Below, in pieces: positions 11,640 to 23,876 of a stretch of 64,000 nt of DNA; the stretch's first letter is position 1; each line of letters starts with the position of its first letter. Location: positions 51,522,001 through 51,586,000 of the forward strand of contig NC_043001.1 of the NCBI RefSeq assembly GCF_006345805.1, read 5' to 3'. Below the pieces are notes generated by a model that made no database searches, had not been told where the DNA came from, and worked only from the letters and a program-made list of their open reading frames with translations. The position numbers were made by a program, and so were the translations under genes. The DNA comes from Octopus sinensis. Lineage: Eukaryota.

Positions 11640-14600
11640 TACGTCTCTACATCTGCCACAATACAGGGTTCTATACTAATAATTTTAATGCAGTACAAAT
11701 ATGTCTAACGAAACAAAAATGAAAGCTACAATAGTACACCAAATGGCTTGTCCTATGGTTAATCTGGAAGCGCGTCCCCCAGGGGTGAGCTAGCCTGGGG
11801 TCGAAAGTCATCCACTGGCACAAACTCTTCTCTGAATACGAACCTGGTTGGTCACTTGAACGGGAACTGCCCCAAATCAGGCCCTCCAAGTCCACCACCA
11901 CACTCACCATGGAGAGAAAAATGTATGAGGATCAAATGAACCTGAGAAGAGTATACGGAAGTAAAATACGCCTATTACTATGCATGAGGCACGCCATCTG
12001 AAAAGAAACACACCGCACTCTCTTATAAAATATGGAGAACACAAAATCAAGACAGCAGACTATATTTGGACGAAAACAAGTTAGCAAATGTTAGGAGGGA
12101 TATCATCAGAAATAAAAGACTCACAGATAGTGAAATAACTGCAATCAGGCACGCGGCGGAAAATGACCTAAATATAAGACAGAAAGGAAATGAAGAAGCA
12201 GACAAAGAGAGCAACTCTCCATGAGTCTCAATTGAGAAACTGCCATCTGAGCAGAACATGCTAACGTTTGGAGAAATAAATTGTAATGAACCTGATAAAG
12301 ATAACGAGGAAAGTGGTAAAGAAATAATATTTGAAGACTACACATTTACTGGAGAACATAGAGAGTCTATGATAGAACTGAAGCAGAAAATCCAGTTGTA
12401 AGACACGCCAATATCCATGATAGGGAACCACTTCATAAGATATCAAAATGTAATCCAAAATAGAAAACATATTAAAATTAGAAACTATGTAACAAAGGAA
12501 ATTATACAAGAACTAAAATCAGAGCTCACTGAATTAAATGAAATTATTTACGCAGCTGCTAAGACAATTAAAACCAGTTGTATGTCTCTGAGAAAACAAA
12601 GAAATACAAACTTGAGAAGAATTCCAAAATAGAAAAGTAAAATTGAAAAAGTGATTGAAATAATGAGAGGTGAAATATTCAATATTGAATGAACTAATCT
12701 GTGGAAACGATGTAAAAACCAGAAAAGGAAGAAAGATGAAGAGAAAAAATAGATTCTCACCAAGAGAAGAACTGCTTTCAGCAAAAGAAACACTGCAACA
12801 AAAAATCCAAGCGAAAGCTCAAAGAATACGAAGATTTGAGAAAAGAAACAAATTTTACAACCAAAATAAGCTGTTCACATCCAATGCGAAAACATTCCAT
12901 AGAGAAATAGTGAAAGAGAAAATAACCGTTGAAGACCCTGCTACCATAGAAGTTTAAAAATTCTGGTAAAATATCTGGAGTGATAAAAAGACTTACAATG
13001 AAAATGAAGACTGGATTAGATGCACAGAAGGATCCTACAAAAACTTACCGGAACAAGCATAGGAGGACATCACAATAGTAGACCTAAGAATGACACTCGC
13101 GAAGGCTCATAAGTGGAAATCCCCTGGTAATGATAGGGTTCCAAATTTCTGCGTCGCCTCACTCCCACGCGCACACGAAAAGTTAGTCCAGTTATTCAAT
13201 AAAATTATGAGAGATCCTACGAAAACACCTGATTGGTTAGCAAGATTTATTACTTACTTACTCTCGAAGAATAATGAAACCAAAACTCCCCAAAGCTATC
13301 GGTCAATAACATGTCTATCTACCACATATAAAATTTTAACGTCCATCTTCGTGGAGTAAACATACAAATTTATGAAACAGAACATTTTCCCTACTGAGCA
13401 TGATCCTAGAGAAATGTCATAATAGACGCAGAAATCTCAGTTCTGCATGGATTGATTATAAAAAGGCCTTCCACAGCGTACCGCATTCATGGATCTTGAA
13501 ATCGCTGGATATCTTCAAAATTTCTCCTGCGATTTCAAACCTCCTGACGCACAACATATCAATGTGGAATACGAATATCCAACTATACCACTCTGATGGA
13601 GTACTGACCACAAAAAATATTAATATCAACTGCAACATTTTCAAGATGACTCACTTTCACCTTTAATTTTCTGCAAAGCCCTAATACCCCTTACAAGTGA
13701 ACTCAACAGAACAAAGTGTGGATATAAAATTGGCGACAAGAAAATAAGTCACCTGTTTTATATGGATGACTTAAAACTCTATAGCAAAGACGATAATGAG
13801 CTTGAAGGACTACTACGCACTGGGAAAGCATTCAGTGATGACATTAGGAGGGAATTTGGTCTTGATAAATGTGCCAGAAAGGGAAACTGAAGATTTCACA
13901 TTCAGTGGAAATGGATGTTGACAGTCATAAAATTACTCGAGCAGGAACCAACTTACAAATACCTCGGAATAAATGAGGGCTATGCCATTCAGCATGCAAG
14001 TATGAAAGAGGAGATCAGGAAGGAGTGTTACAGAAGAGTTCGAGCAGTCCTAACATCCGAGTTAAATGCACGTAACAAAGTGTTAGCTATAAATTCCTTA
14101 GCTGTTCCGGTTGTTATTCAATGTGTTGCACTGGAATATGAGCTAAATAAGGAAGATTGACTGGAAAATCCGTAAGCTCCCGACTTGCAGTAAGATGCAC
14201 CACCCAAAAGGAGACGTAGACCGTCTTTCTCTAGCCAGAGCTCAAGGAGGTCGAGGCTTGATGCAATCTGAAATCTCTTACAAAACCACCATAAATGAAC
14301 TGGCAAAATATCTTGAAATATCTAACGATTGGATGCTAAAGCTCGTTGAAAACCACGAAAGACGTAAGAAGCTACATTCTGTTATGAAGGAAAGTAAAAT
14401 ATTTTCAAGTGAGCTTATGCATAATACTCAGGCTGAACAGCATGATGGAAGTGCTATAACTGTAGTTGCAAAGAAGGTTAAATCAATAGCAAAGCAAAAT
14501 GCGTTTGAACAATTGGCTGATAGGTAGGAACAAAAAATCTCTGCATGGCAAATATATGGCCCGTAGCAAACAAGCTGATGTAGACAAGAAGCAAACCATC

Positions 14601-15395
14601 AGTGGCTACGGAGCTCAGAGCTAAAGGCAGAGAGTGAAGGCTTTATCTTGGTTACTCAAGATCAGAGCTTATTGACCCGGAACTATCAAGCGAATGTGAT
14701 GAAAAATGGCCAATATCTACACTGGAAAATGTGTTGGCATTATAAAATCAAAAACGCTGACAAAAAGTACAAGCACCACCCTGAGGCTGTAACTGAGGGA
14801 GAAAATGTAACTATTCTTTGGGACTTCCCAGTATGTACAGACCGGACCATCAAAGCAAACAAACCAGATATTGTTGTGAAAGACAAAAGCAATAAAGTCT
14901 GTTTATCGACTGACATGAGCATTCTCTGTGACCATAATGTCTTGGTAAAAGAATTTGATAAGCTCAGAAAATTTGAAGATTTACTCATCGAAATCGAAAA
15001 GATGTGGCATCTCAAGACGGTTACAATACCAGTGATTGTAGTAGCACTTGGAATGATCAAAAAGCGAACTGAAAATTATTTAAGAATGATTCTTGGCTTT
15101 CCGTCCATACAGGAAGTGCAAAAGATTGTCTTAACTAGTACATCACACATAATGAACAGAGCATTGTCACTGCGAATTTTCTTTCCCATTTCCCCCTTTA
15201 TTTTCTTTGTTTACTTTTTTACTTTTTTATTCTTTATTTTTCTCTGTCTTTCTTTCCTTTTTTCTCTATCACAGGACTTCGTAAACGGACAGTTTGGTGT
15301 GTTTATTTTAATGGCCTACCAATGTAAACAGGGCGTTTCTCTACCCTAGGTGTCAGGAAGACACTCGGCAAGAAATGGAAACAGAATTCAGCCAC
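11640..15395 (+). mobile_element. Near full-length decayed R4/Dong-like LINE (RT plus RLE)
   Basis: N-terminal ..EEYTEVKYAYYY..ENKLANVRRDII, KSPGND, YRSITCLSTTYKILT, WIDYKKAFHSVPH, HLFYMDDLKLY, HPKGDVDRL and KPDIVVKDK. The CCHC finger is deleted near 14708. Many stops and frameshifts. Confidence 0.92.
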
Positions 15396-15399
15396 GGTA

Positions 15400-18250
15400 T
15401 GCCAACTCAGCATGTATTGATAGCAACTGGACCACTAGTTGGACCCAATCGAGTAGCTTCCATTGACTCGTGTCTTAGAGTATGCACCTTAACTTTGTCA
15501 GTACAAACTTTATGCTTAGTGTTCAAGAATTTGCTGAGGGCTAATCTTGCCGTAAGCACATCAGTTGCAATGCCTTTCTTAAGCGCCGCTTCTGCGTTTC
15601 TAATTAAGTTTCCCTCTGTTCTCTTTCTTCGCATCGCTACAACCTTACTAAACCTATTTCATTCGACTTTTCAAGGTAAAGCACTATTTGTTGTTGGCGA
15701 CGTTGGTGCTCGCTCAAGTAATTCGTTAATCCTATTTCAGTAAACCTGGCAAATCGGGACTGATGCGATCAGCTTCCATTAACTGAATCGTTTCTCACGA
15801 AGCCTAAATGGTTCAACCGTACAGATAATAAATTTCAAGTCTGTGTAGCCGACGATTTAATGAAATACGGACAACCTAAGCTATCCTTATCTACTGACAT
15901 ACTAGCTGATCCGATGCAGTTCGTACATGTCAACATCGGCACATTCAGGAAATCCAGTCGTCACTTGTCAGGCATTGAAAACATCTGAGTTTTACGAGGG
16001 CTTTGCACCCCTCTCCTACCAGCTAGCCGCATATAATCCAAACATGTCCAGTTGGCCACAAGCACTTAAGATTGGGATGTTCTCAGGAAAACCTCCAGAC
16101 ACCCCAAAAAAATCTGGCTGTCCCAGCTACCAGTCTAAAGGCACCCTTTCGCTACCGTTCAGACCCAGGTTCAACTTACCTTCTAGGTCCTAGAAGATGG
16201 CCCTTGCTTTGGCATTCCGGAACAATATACTGCACTTCCACTTCCCATTCTTAGTTGACATGGAGATAAGTAAATCTTGTATCCCCCGAAAATGGGAAAG
16301 AAAGCTTCTGGATCAGAAAATCTAGTCATGCTGATGGCTACAACACTTATATCTAGTGACTTCAGGCCGTTGCGTAAGTACCCTTCTTTCCAAGACAATC
16401 TCGGATCACGTGCATTTATACTGCCTATTCTGAGAAAAGCCATGTTAGACAGAGAGAAAGAAAGAAAAGAAAGAGGACAGGGGAAGATAGATGTTTCGTT
16501 CCTCTGTTCCAATGTTTTTTTCTGAAATCGTCTTATTGAATTAGAGAATTTATTTTTTTATGCTGCTGTATACGTTGTGTGGTTTTGGGATGATTTTTAT
16601 GCGTTGTGTTGGTGCGATGAAATTGCTCTAATTGATGTTTGTGTACTTATATATGTGTTCCATTATTGTCTTGTTCGTGCTTATGGCAGGGAAACTTGTG
16701 ACATTTCTTTGCCATTGTTTTTGGATTTACTGATGTGTGTGCAGTTGATGATAGTTGTGACGGTGGTGATGGTGATAATGATGTTGTTGGAAATTATATA
16801 TGTTGTTGCTGAGAGGTTCTCTCCGTTTGAATCCCCTTGCTTGTTGTTGTTCTCTTTTTATTTTCTTGCTTGTTACATATACCCTTTCTTCCCGGTCACC
16901 TTCGTCACATGACGTCTGAATGATCCCAATCGAGGAGGTGCATATCTTAGGAGTCATTCGTTTTGTTTTGATGTTGTTTGGGGGGGGTTTCAGTTGTTGT
17001 TTTTCCTTTGGTGGTTGCTGATTTTGGCATTGCAGCTTCTGCTCTACTGGCCACACGCTGCAGTTGATGCTACTTCTGATTTCTTCGGTGCTGTTGTCGC
17101 TGTGATGGTGGTGTTGACAGAAGTGGAGGTCTTATTTATTTCCTTGATATTGTTTGTATCACTACACAAACGACATCTAGGCTTCTGTCCTCAACGGCTA
17201 CATAAAGTTGTAAGCAGCCTGGCAAACTGATCAGGTCCACAATAGATTTGATACTATGGTTATCAGTTTGTATTAGAAGTTCCATCACTGACCCGACCAA
17301 TTTTGTTTTTGTAGCCTCTGAATCTGCAAGAATATTGACTTTCTCTTTTATGTCGAAGAGAACCGTTATTATCAGTTAAGAGTTTATTTCTGGTTGGCGG
17401 TGGGGAGGGCATCGACTGTTTTAACTTTGAAAACTCTATAACCAAGATAGACTGGTATAAGCACAAGTTCCTCACTCATTATAATGGTGTCGTGGGATGT
17501 TTTCTTACTTCCCATTTGTTGGAAATCTCGACTTAACATGCCATATTTTTTTCATTGGTGATGTATGTTTTGATGCTCCAGATGGGCCAGAGGCATTTTC
17601 CTATTTCTTGTTGTGTCATCCACTCTTGTTTCTTAGCTTTTATTCCTAGTGTTTTATATATGTTAGTTTTCGATTTTGTTTCTTGCTGAACGGAAACGGG
17701 AATATTCAAAGTGACGCGTCCCCCGTCTGTTTTCCAAAATATGCATGACTTCTTTCAATTCGTCTGCTGGGCTACTGATTTCTTCTTGAACTTCGTGATC
17801 AATATTAGCGAAGGTGACGACGGGGAAATTGTCCTTCTGTTTTCTTTCCTTCCGGTGGTGACGGTAGAGGTGGAAATTGTTGGTGCTTTGGGTGGACAAT
17901 TAAAACTTTTGTTATTGCTAGTGGTTTCATAGCGGTTGTTTTAATGTTCCCTTTCATTTACCTTCTTGCTGTCATTGTCATTTATGTTGTTGTTGTTGTT
18001 ATTTGGGCACAAACTGTGGTACTGGCGGCGGTGGTGTTTTGTGTTAACCGTGGGAAAGCAGTAAAGAAATTTTCCTTTCCTTCCTCTCACTTTGTTTTTA
18101 AAATGTGGTAGTTTTGAGACTGCGGACGACTGAATATTTGCTTGGTAGCTTATTAGCAATACAGTTCAACAGAAATATGAATAAACCTTTTGAGGCAACT
18201 TAATTTACAAATACCTGTAGAGCTTCCGACGTTGCGTCTTTTCTTTTCAA
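15400..18250 (-). mobile_element. L1/Tx1-clade LINE, 5' part (ORF1 plus APE endonuclease), 3'-truncated
   Basis: Minus strand: ORF1 with decayed knuckle GQKPRCRLCSDTNNIK (~17150-17190). ORF2 starts MAFLRIGSINAR..VVAIS.TR at ~16443 and runs through the APE domain into the linker. Confidence 0.8.
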
Positions 18251-18295
18251 GTATTAATAATAATAATAATAACAATAATAATAATAATAATAATA

Positions 18296-18519
18296 ATATA
18301 CGCAAAATACCTTCTATGTAATCTCAAGTTTTAAAACAAACATAATTTTCGTTTTTTGGAGTTTTTTTTAGACATTCACTAGTACAACACAAAATATAAA
18401 ACCAAATATATGGCACACTAGGCATAACAACATCACGAACTTCCAACCCGTTGTCTCTTGAGGTCTCTGGGTGAGACTTGGAGCCAACTTGTACAAATAT
18501 AAAGCAAAAGTCAAACATA

Positions 18520-18520
<1 letters not shown>
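18296..18520 (+). mobile_element. R4/Dong-like LINE 3' terminus
   Basis: ORF end ..RKIPSM* followed by a 3' UTR (gtctcttgaggtctctgggtgagacttggagcc); bounded by (AAT)n on both sides. Confidence 0.6.
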
Positions 18521-18595
<75 letters not shown>

Positions 18596-18601
18596 AAAAT
18601 G

Positions 18602-19175
18602 CCCTGATGCAGTACCAGGCAGTGGCTCTCATGGTTTCTGATCTTAACTGATTTGAAGTGTTGTCATAAACGTTGTTTTGTCTTGGTATAAAAGATGGGC
18701 TACAGCAAATATTCTGCTCAATATCACAGATTTGCTTGTCAGTTGTTTGCCCTTAACCAGTTGAACATGTCCCTTAGTGGCTGACGATATGTGCATCTCT
18801 GATCACGAGCAGAAGTTTTGCTGGAGCATCATAGCCATCTGTTGGAAGGGATTATTTGGGGTTTGTATAATTCACCTCTGGAAACACCCATGTTTCCAGA
18901 GGTGAATTATTCAAACCCCAAAGAATCCCTTCCAACAGATGGCTATGATGCTCCAGCAAAACTTCTGCTCGTGATCAGAGATGCACATATCGTCAGCCAC
19001 TAAGGGACATGTTCAACTGGTTAAGGGCAAACAACTGACAAGCAAATCTGTGATATTGAGCAGAATATTTGCTGTAGCCCATTTTTTATACCAAGACAAA
19101 ACAATTTTCATGATGACACTTCAAATCAGTTAAGATCAGAAGCCATGAGAGCCACTGCCTGGTACTGCATCAGGG
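18602..19175. repeat. Long palindrome, 285-bp arms, 4-nt loop
   Basis: 18602-18886 is the reverse complement of 18891-19175 (about 9 mismatches by eye), loop CCCA. The flanking (AAT)n(GAA)n and (TTC)n..(ATT)n tracts are also mirrored. Confidence 0.97.
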
Positions 19176-19229
19176 AATTTTCTTCTTCTTCTTCTGTTTA
19201 TTATTATTATTATCATCATTTTCAAATTT

Positions 19230-19378
19230 TTGCCGCTAGGGCAGCTTGGGGGAGGTGGAGATGAGTCGATTACATTGATCCGTGTTCAACTGCTACCTAT
19301 TTTATCGACTCCGAGAGGATGAAAAGTAAAGTCGACCTCGGCGGAATTTGAACCCAGAATGTAAAGACGGGTGAAATA
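19230..19378 (-). mobile_element. SINE (family with ttcaaattccgccgaggtcgactttgcc core)
   Basis: Reverse complement of the core seen at ~25990, ~28470 and ~34290. Confidence 0.75.
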
Positions 19379-19480
19379 TAATAATAATGATAACAACAAT
19401 GATAATGATGATGATGATGATGATGATAATTATAATAATAATTTCCTAATATGATAACGAGCGTAGTATTTTTATATATT

Positions 19481-19511
<31 letters not shown>

Positions 19512-19520
19512 GTATATATA

Positions 19521-20042
19521 CCGTAAATCCTCGAGTATAATCCGTATTTTTTCCCTCAAAATTTAAAGGTCAAAATCCCTAGTGCGTACTATATACGAGG
19601 TTAAAAATGAAAAATCTTTTTCTAAGCAATGTCCGAGTCTCTATTTGCTGTCCGGCAATGTTTATTCAGACGCATTTTGTGATGTCAGGTGCGATAATAC
19701 CTTAAGCTAAGCCTGAAAGCAATGAAGTCATAACGAAATCATCCATAACTTGCAGTAAGCAACATTTATTAAAATAAAAGTATTCAGAACACAGAATAAC
19801 ATGTAACAAACACAATTTGCAAACATTTACATTCCCATATAACAGTTAAGAACACCACCATTATTGTATTACGCATGCGCGGAAGTGTTTGTTCGACTAG
19901 GTGCTGCTGGCTTAATTACGCACGACTCAAGTTAGAGAAGGGATGCGTATTATACACAAGGTTTAGGTTTTTCAGAAGTACAGCCCCCTAAAAATCCCCT
20001 GCGTATTATACTCAAGGGCGGACTATACTCGAAGATTTACGG
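19521..20042. mobile_element. Tc1/mariner-superfamily (pogo-like) MITE
   Basis: 24-bp TIRs CCGTAAATCCTCGAGTATAATCCG / CGGACTATACTCGAAGATTTACGG (2 mismatches), TA on both sides, non-coding. Confidence 0.9.
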
Positions 20043-20069
20043 TATATATATATATATATATATATATAT

Positions 20070-20122
20070 TTCATTTCATCTAGTTTCAGCTCACGAGCTG
20101 TGGCCATGCTGGGGCACCGCCA
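20070..20122 (-). mobile_element. SINE/LINE 3' tail
   Basis: Minus strand ggcggtgccccagcatggccacagctcgtgagctgaaactagatgaaatgaaa is of the same type as the SINE tails at 21553-21600 and 33495-33545. Confidence 0.8.
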
Positions 20123-20131
20123 TTTTTTTAA

Positions 20132-20250
20132 TGCTAACAGCACCTAGGTTTCCCAAGCGATCACCCATCTAAGTACTAACTAGGCTCGATGTTGCTTAAC
20201 TTCGGTGATCGAAGGAGAACCGGTGCTTTGAACGTGATATGGCCGTAAGC
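20132..20250 (-). pseudogene. Full-length 5S rRNA copy (probably retroposed)
   Basis: Minus strand GCTTACGGCCATATCACGTTCAAAGCACCGGTTCTCCTTCGATCACCGAAGTTAAGCAAC...AGTTAGTACTTAGATGGGTGATCGCTTGGGAAACCTAGGTGCTGTTAGCA, 119 nt. Followed by TTAAAAAAA instead of a TTTT terminator; single copy. Confidence 0.93.
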
Positions 20251-21031
20251 CATATATATAGATAAATTTCCTCTATTTACATAATATTGAGGTATCTTTC
20301 TTTCTTTTGTTATCTTACCGTTTTTACCAATATATATATATATATATTTGTTCAAAATCATGAAATAGGATGGAGTAGGAGAAAGAGCAGTAAAAGTGAA
20401 GGGAGATGTGAGAAAATAGTAATTCAGTGAAGAAGAAGTAACGAGAGTAATAGCCATGACTGAGAGGGAGTGAAAGGAAGTAATAGGAATGAGAGAGAGA
20501 GAGAGGAAGTGGCAAAAGAGCGTCATGTACTTTCTATATGTTGTGTTTTTCTCCGTCAAAACATGAATGAGAAAGGAAGGGGTGATAGATGAATAAGGAA
20601 GGAAGGCATGAAAAAAAACAAAGAATCAGTGTTTCAACTCTGTGTGAGTATGTGTGTGTGTATGTAAAAGGGAGGTATATGAATGTTTGCGTGTGCGTGT
20701 GTGCGTGTGTGTGCATGTGTATGTGTGTGTGTATGTGTGCAATGGAAGTGGGATGGTGAATATTCAACGCTGAAAAGGAAAAACACCGTTTCAACTCTGT
20801 GTGAATATATGTGGGCGTGTACAAGGGAATTATGTGATTGCTTGTGTGTGTGAGCTAGTGCACTTTCCGTAACAAACGATGATCGATGTCACATCTCAAA
20901 AGACAACCACTAGATAACGTTGACTAGTGTATTGATTTGAATTACCATCGATATCCTATCCATTGTGTTACAAATAATTATTACAATCACACACATCTAC
21001 ACAAATATATACATAATACATATACAAACAT

Positions 21032-21615
21032 AGGCGCAGGAGTGGCTGTGTGGTAAGTAGCTTGCTAACCAGCCACATCGTTCCGGGTTCAGTCCCACTG
21101 CGTGGCACCTTGGGCAAGTGTCTTCTGCTATAGCCCCGGGCCGACCAATGCCTTGTGAGTGGATTTGGTAGACGGAAACTGAAAGAAGCCTGTCGTATAT
21201 ATGTATATATATATATATATATGGTTAATCCAAACAAGAAAACACAAAAAACACAACAACGCGAGGACGTGGAACAAATATAGTATTATTGGACGCTCAG
21301 GAAGAAGGGAAGAAGGAGGGTTTAACGTTTCGAACGGAGCTCTTCGTCGGAAACATAGGAAGACAGAGGAAAAAAATCGCCAACGGTACACACGAGGTCA
21401 CATTTGTGTCTGTCTTTGTCCCCCTAGCATTGCTTGACAACCGATGCTGGTGTGTTTACGTCCCCGTCACTTAGCGGTTCGGCAAAAGAGACCGACGGAA
21501 TAAGTACTGGGCTTACAAAGAATAAGTCCCGGGGTCGATTTGCTCGACTAAAGGCGGTGCTCCAGCATGGCCGCAGTCAAATGACTGAAACAAGTAAAAG
21601 AGTAAAAGAGTAAAA
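21032..21615 (+). mobile_element. tRNA-derived SINE interrupted by a PLE fragment
   Basis: Head ggcgcaggagtggctgtgtggtaag..gttccgggttcagtccc (A/B-box-like) at 21032-21200 and tail at 21405-21615; insert at 21222-21400. Confidence 0.88.
21320..21354 (-). ncRNA. Degenerate minimal hammerhead motif (U4C) in a PLE fragment
   Basis: Minus strand: gttt CCGACGA A GAGC tcc GTTC GAAAC GTT aaac; same family as 54893-54927. Confidence 0.6.
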
Positions 21616-21844
21616 ACTCACTAGAGAAAATAATCATTACCTGAGTGTATCAAAAATATAAAACGACTGCGGTTGAAAAGTATAATATAAATACACATTT
21701 AACAGTTCATACACGTGCCTAATTTATTTATATTAAGAAATGTATGTAATAAATTTTGAATAGGGAGTTTTTACGATATCCACGATAAGTCACGGACTGC
21801 TTTTTGTGGCTTAGGTTGGTTTCAGTAATGGAGAGTGCAATTGA

Positions 21845-22034
21845 AAGGAAACGTCGCTTCGAAATAGTTGGTATTTACTTGCCACCACCCGTATTTAGTC
21901 ACGGACAGCTTTATGTGGTCTTAAGTAGTACAAGAAGGAAGGAAAACTTAAAATTTCTTTTGAAGGAAACAAGCAGTCAAGGGATGCTAATTGCGGATAG
22001 ATTTTTCATTAAAAAATTGGTAATAAGAGAGTGA
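21845..22034 (+). mobile_element. Helitron PIF1-type helicase C-terminal fragment
   Basis: VGIYLPPPVFSHGQLYVVLS corresponds to the conserved helicase motif (PVFSHGQLYVALSR). Confidence 0.85.
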
Positions 22035-22084
22035 TTAAACTAAGAACTGCACGGGACCAGCTACTACTACTACTACTACTACTA

Positions 22085-22111
22085 CTACTAATGATAATAA
22101 TAATAATAATA

Positions 22112-22149
<38 letters not shown>

Positions 22150-22694
22150 TATAAGGCTAATGTTCACCAAAAACGGTTCTGACCCTAAATGCAGATTCTG
22201 CGAGACATTTGACGAAACAATAGACCATTTCGTTTCGAGATGTTTTGTGCTGACACCAAACGAATACAAAAATCCCCACGACAGGGTAGCATACTGCTTA
22301 CTAGTATGAACATCATCGTGAGCCAGTCGTTGCAGGTAAGAAATGTCACTATCCTCTCGGATTTTCCAGTCAACACTCGACCCGAAGAAAATTCTAACAG
22401 GATCCCACCTTCAAGGTCATGCGCTGTTCATCTTGATATGAGATCACCATTTCACGCACATATGGTTGTAATGTATGTGCCTGGTGTACCCTTATCAGAC
22501 GAGTAGTCATGAAGAATATATTGGGCTTTGTATATTTGTGCTCCAAAGTGTCACTTTGAAGTCATGCGATGCTCTCTCATTCCATAATAATAGTAGTAAT
22601 AATAATAATTATTATTATGAAATTCCGCCGAGGACGACTTTACCTTTCATCCTTTCGGGAGCGATAACTACTAATGATAATAATAATAATAATA

Positions 22695-22732
<38 letters not shown>

Positions 22733-23277
22733 TATAAGGCTAATGTTCACCAAAAACGGTTCTGACCCTAAATGCAGATTCTGCGAGACATTTGACGAAA
22801 CAATAGACCATTTCGTTTCGAGATGTTTTGTGCTGACACCAAACGAATACAAAAATCCCCACGACAGGGTAGCATACTGCTTACTAGTATGAACATCATC
22901 GTGAGCCAGTCGTTGCAGGTAAGAAATGTCACTATCCTCTCGGATTTTCCAGTCAACACTCGACCCGAAGAAAATTCTAACAGGATCCCACCTTCAAGGT
23001 CATGCGCTGTTCATCTTGATATGAGATCACCATTTCACGCACATATGGTTGTAATGTATGTGCCTGGTGTACCCTTATCAGACGAGTAGTCATGAAGAAT
23101 ATATTGGGCTTTGTATATTTGTGCTCCAAAGTGTCACTTTGAAGTCATGCGATGCTCTCTCATTCCATAATAATAGTAGTAATAATAATAATTATTATTA
23201 TGAAATTCCGCCGAGGACGACTTTACCTTTCATCCTTTCGGGAGCGATAAATAATAATAATAATAATAATAATAATA

Positions 23278-23315
<38 letters not shown>

Positions 23316-23832
23316 TATAAGGCTAATGTTCACCAAAAACGGTTCTGACCCTAAATGCAGATTCTGCGAGACATTTGACGAAACAATAGACCATTTCGTT
23401 TCGAGATGTTTTGTGCTGACACCAAACGAATACAAAAATCCCCACGACAGGGTAGCATACTGCTTACTAGTATGAACATCATCGTGAGCCAGTCGTTGCA
23501 GGTAAGAAATGTCACTATCCTCTCGGATTTTCCAGTCAACACTCGACCCGAAGAAAATTCTAACAGGATCCCACCTTCAAGGTCATGCGCTGTTCATCTT
23601 GATATGAGATCACCATTTCACGCACATATGGTTGTAATGTATGTGCCTGGTGTACCCTTATCAGACGAGTAGTCATGAAGAATATATTGGGCTTTGTATA
23701 TTTGTGCTCCAAAGTGTCACTTTGAAGTCATGCGATGCTCTCTCATTCCATAATAATAGTAGTAATAATAATAATTATTATTATGAAATTCCGCCGAGGA
23801 CGACTTTACCTTTCATCCTTTCGGGAGCGATA

Positions 23833-23833
<1 letters not shown>
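22085..23833 (+). repeat. Three-copy 583-bp composite tandem repeat
   Basis: Units at 22085-22667, 22668-23250 and 23251-23833; ORF-track coordinates repeat at exactly +583. Each unit contains an (AAT)n/(ATT)n block, an R4-like CCHC fragment (DPKCRFCETFDETIDH), a LINE-like 3' end and a SINE core fragment. Confidence 0.97.

Positions 23834-23874
<41 letters not shown>

Positions 23875-23876
<2 letters not shown>

Noticed and set aside
11760-11815. GC-rich hairpin near the 5' end of the R4-like LINE as an HDV-like ribozyme
   Set aside because: It is inside the reconstructed ORF, and I could not thread the P1/P1.1/P2/P3 double pseudoknot.
15395-18296. Idea that the Tx1 element split one R4-like LINE (11640-15395 plus 18296-18520)
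   Set aside because: Both R4-like pieces contain their own ORF end and different 3' UTRs, so they are separate elements.
22085-23833. Repeat array as a possible CRISPR-like repeat-spacer locus
   Set aside because: Whole 583-bp units are duplicated with no unique spacers; eukaryotic repeat context and no cas-like ORFs.
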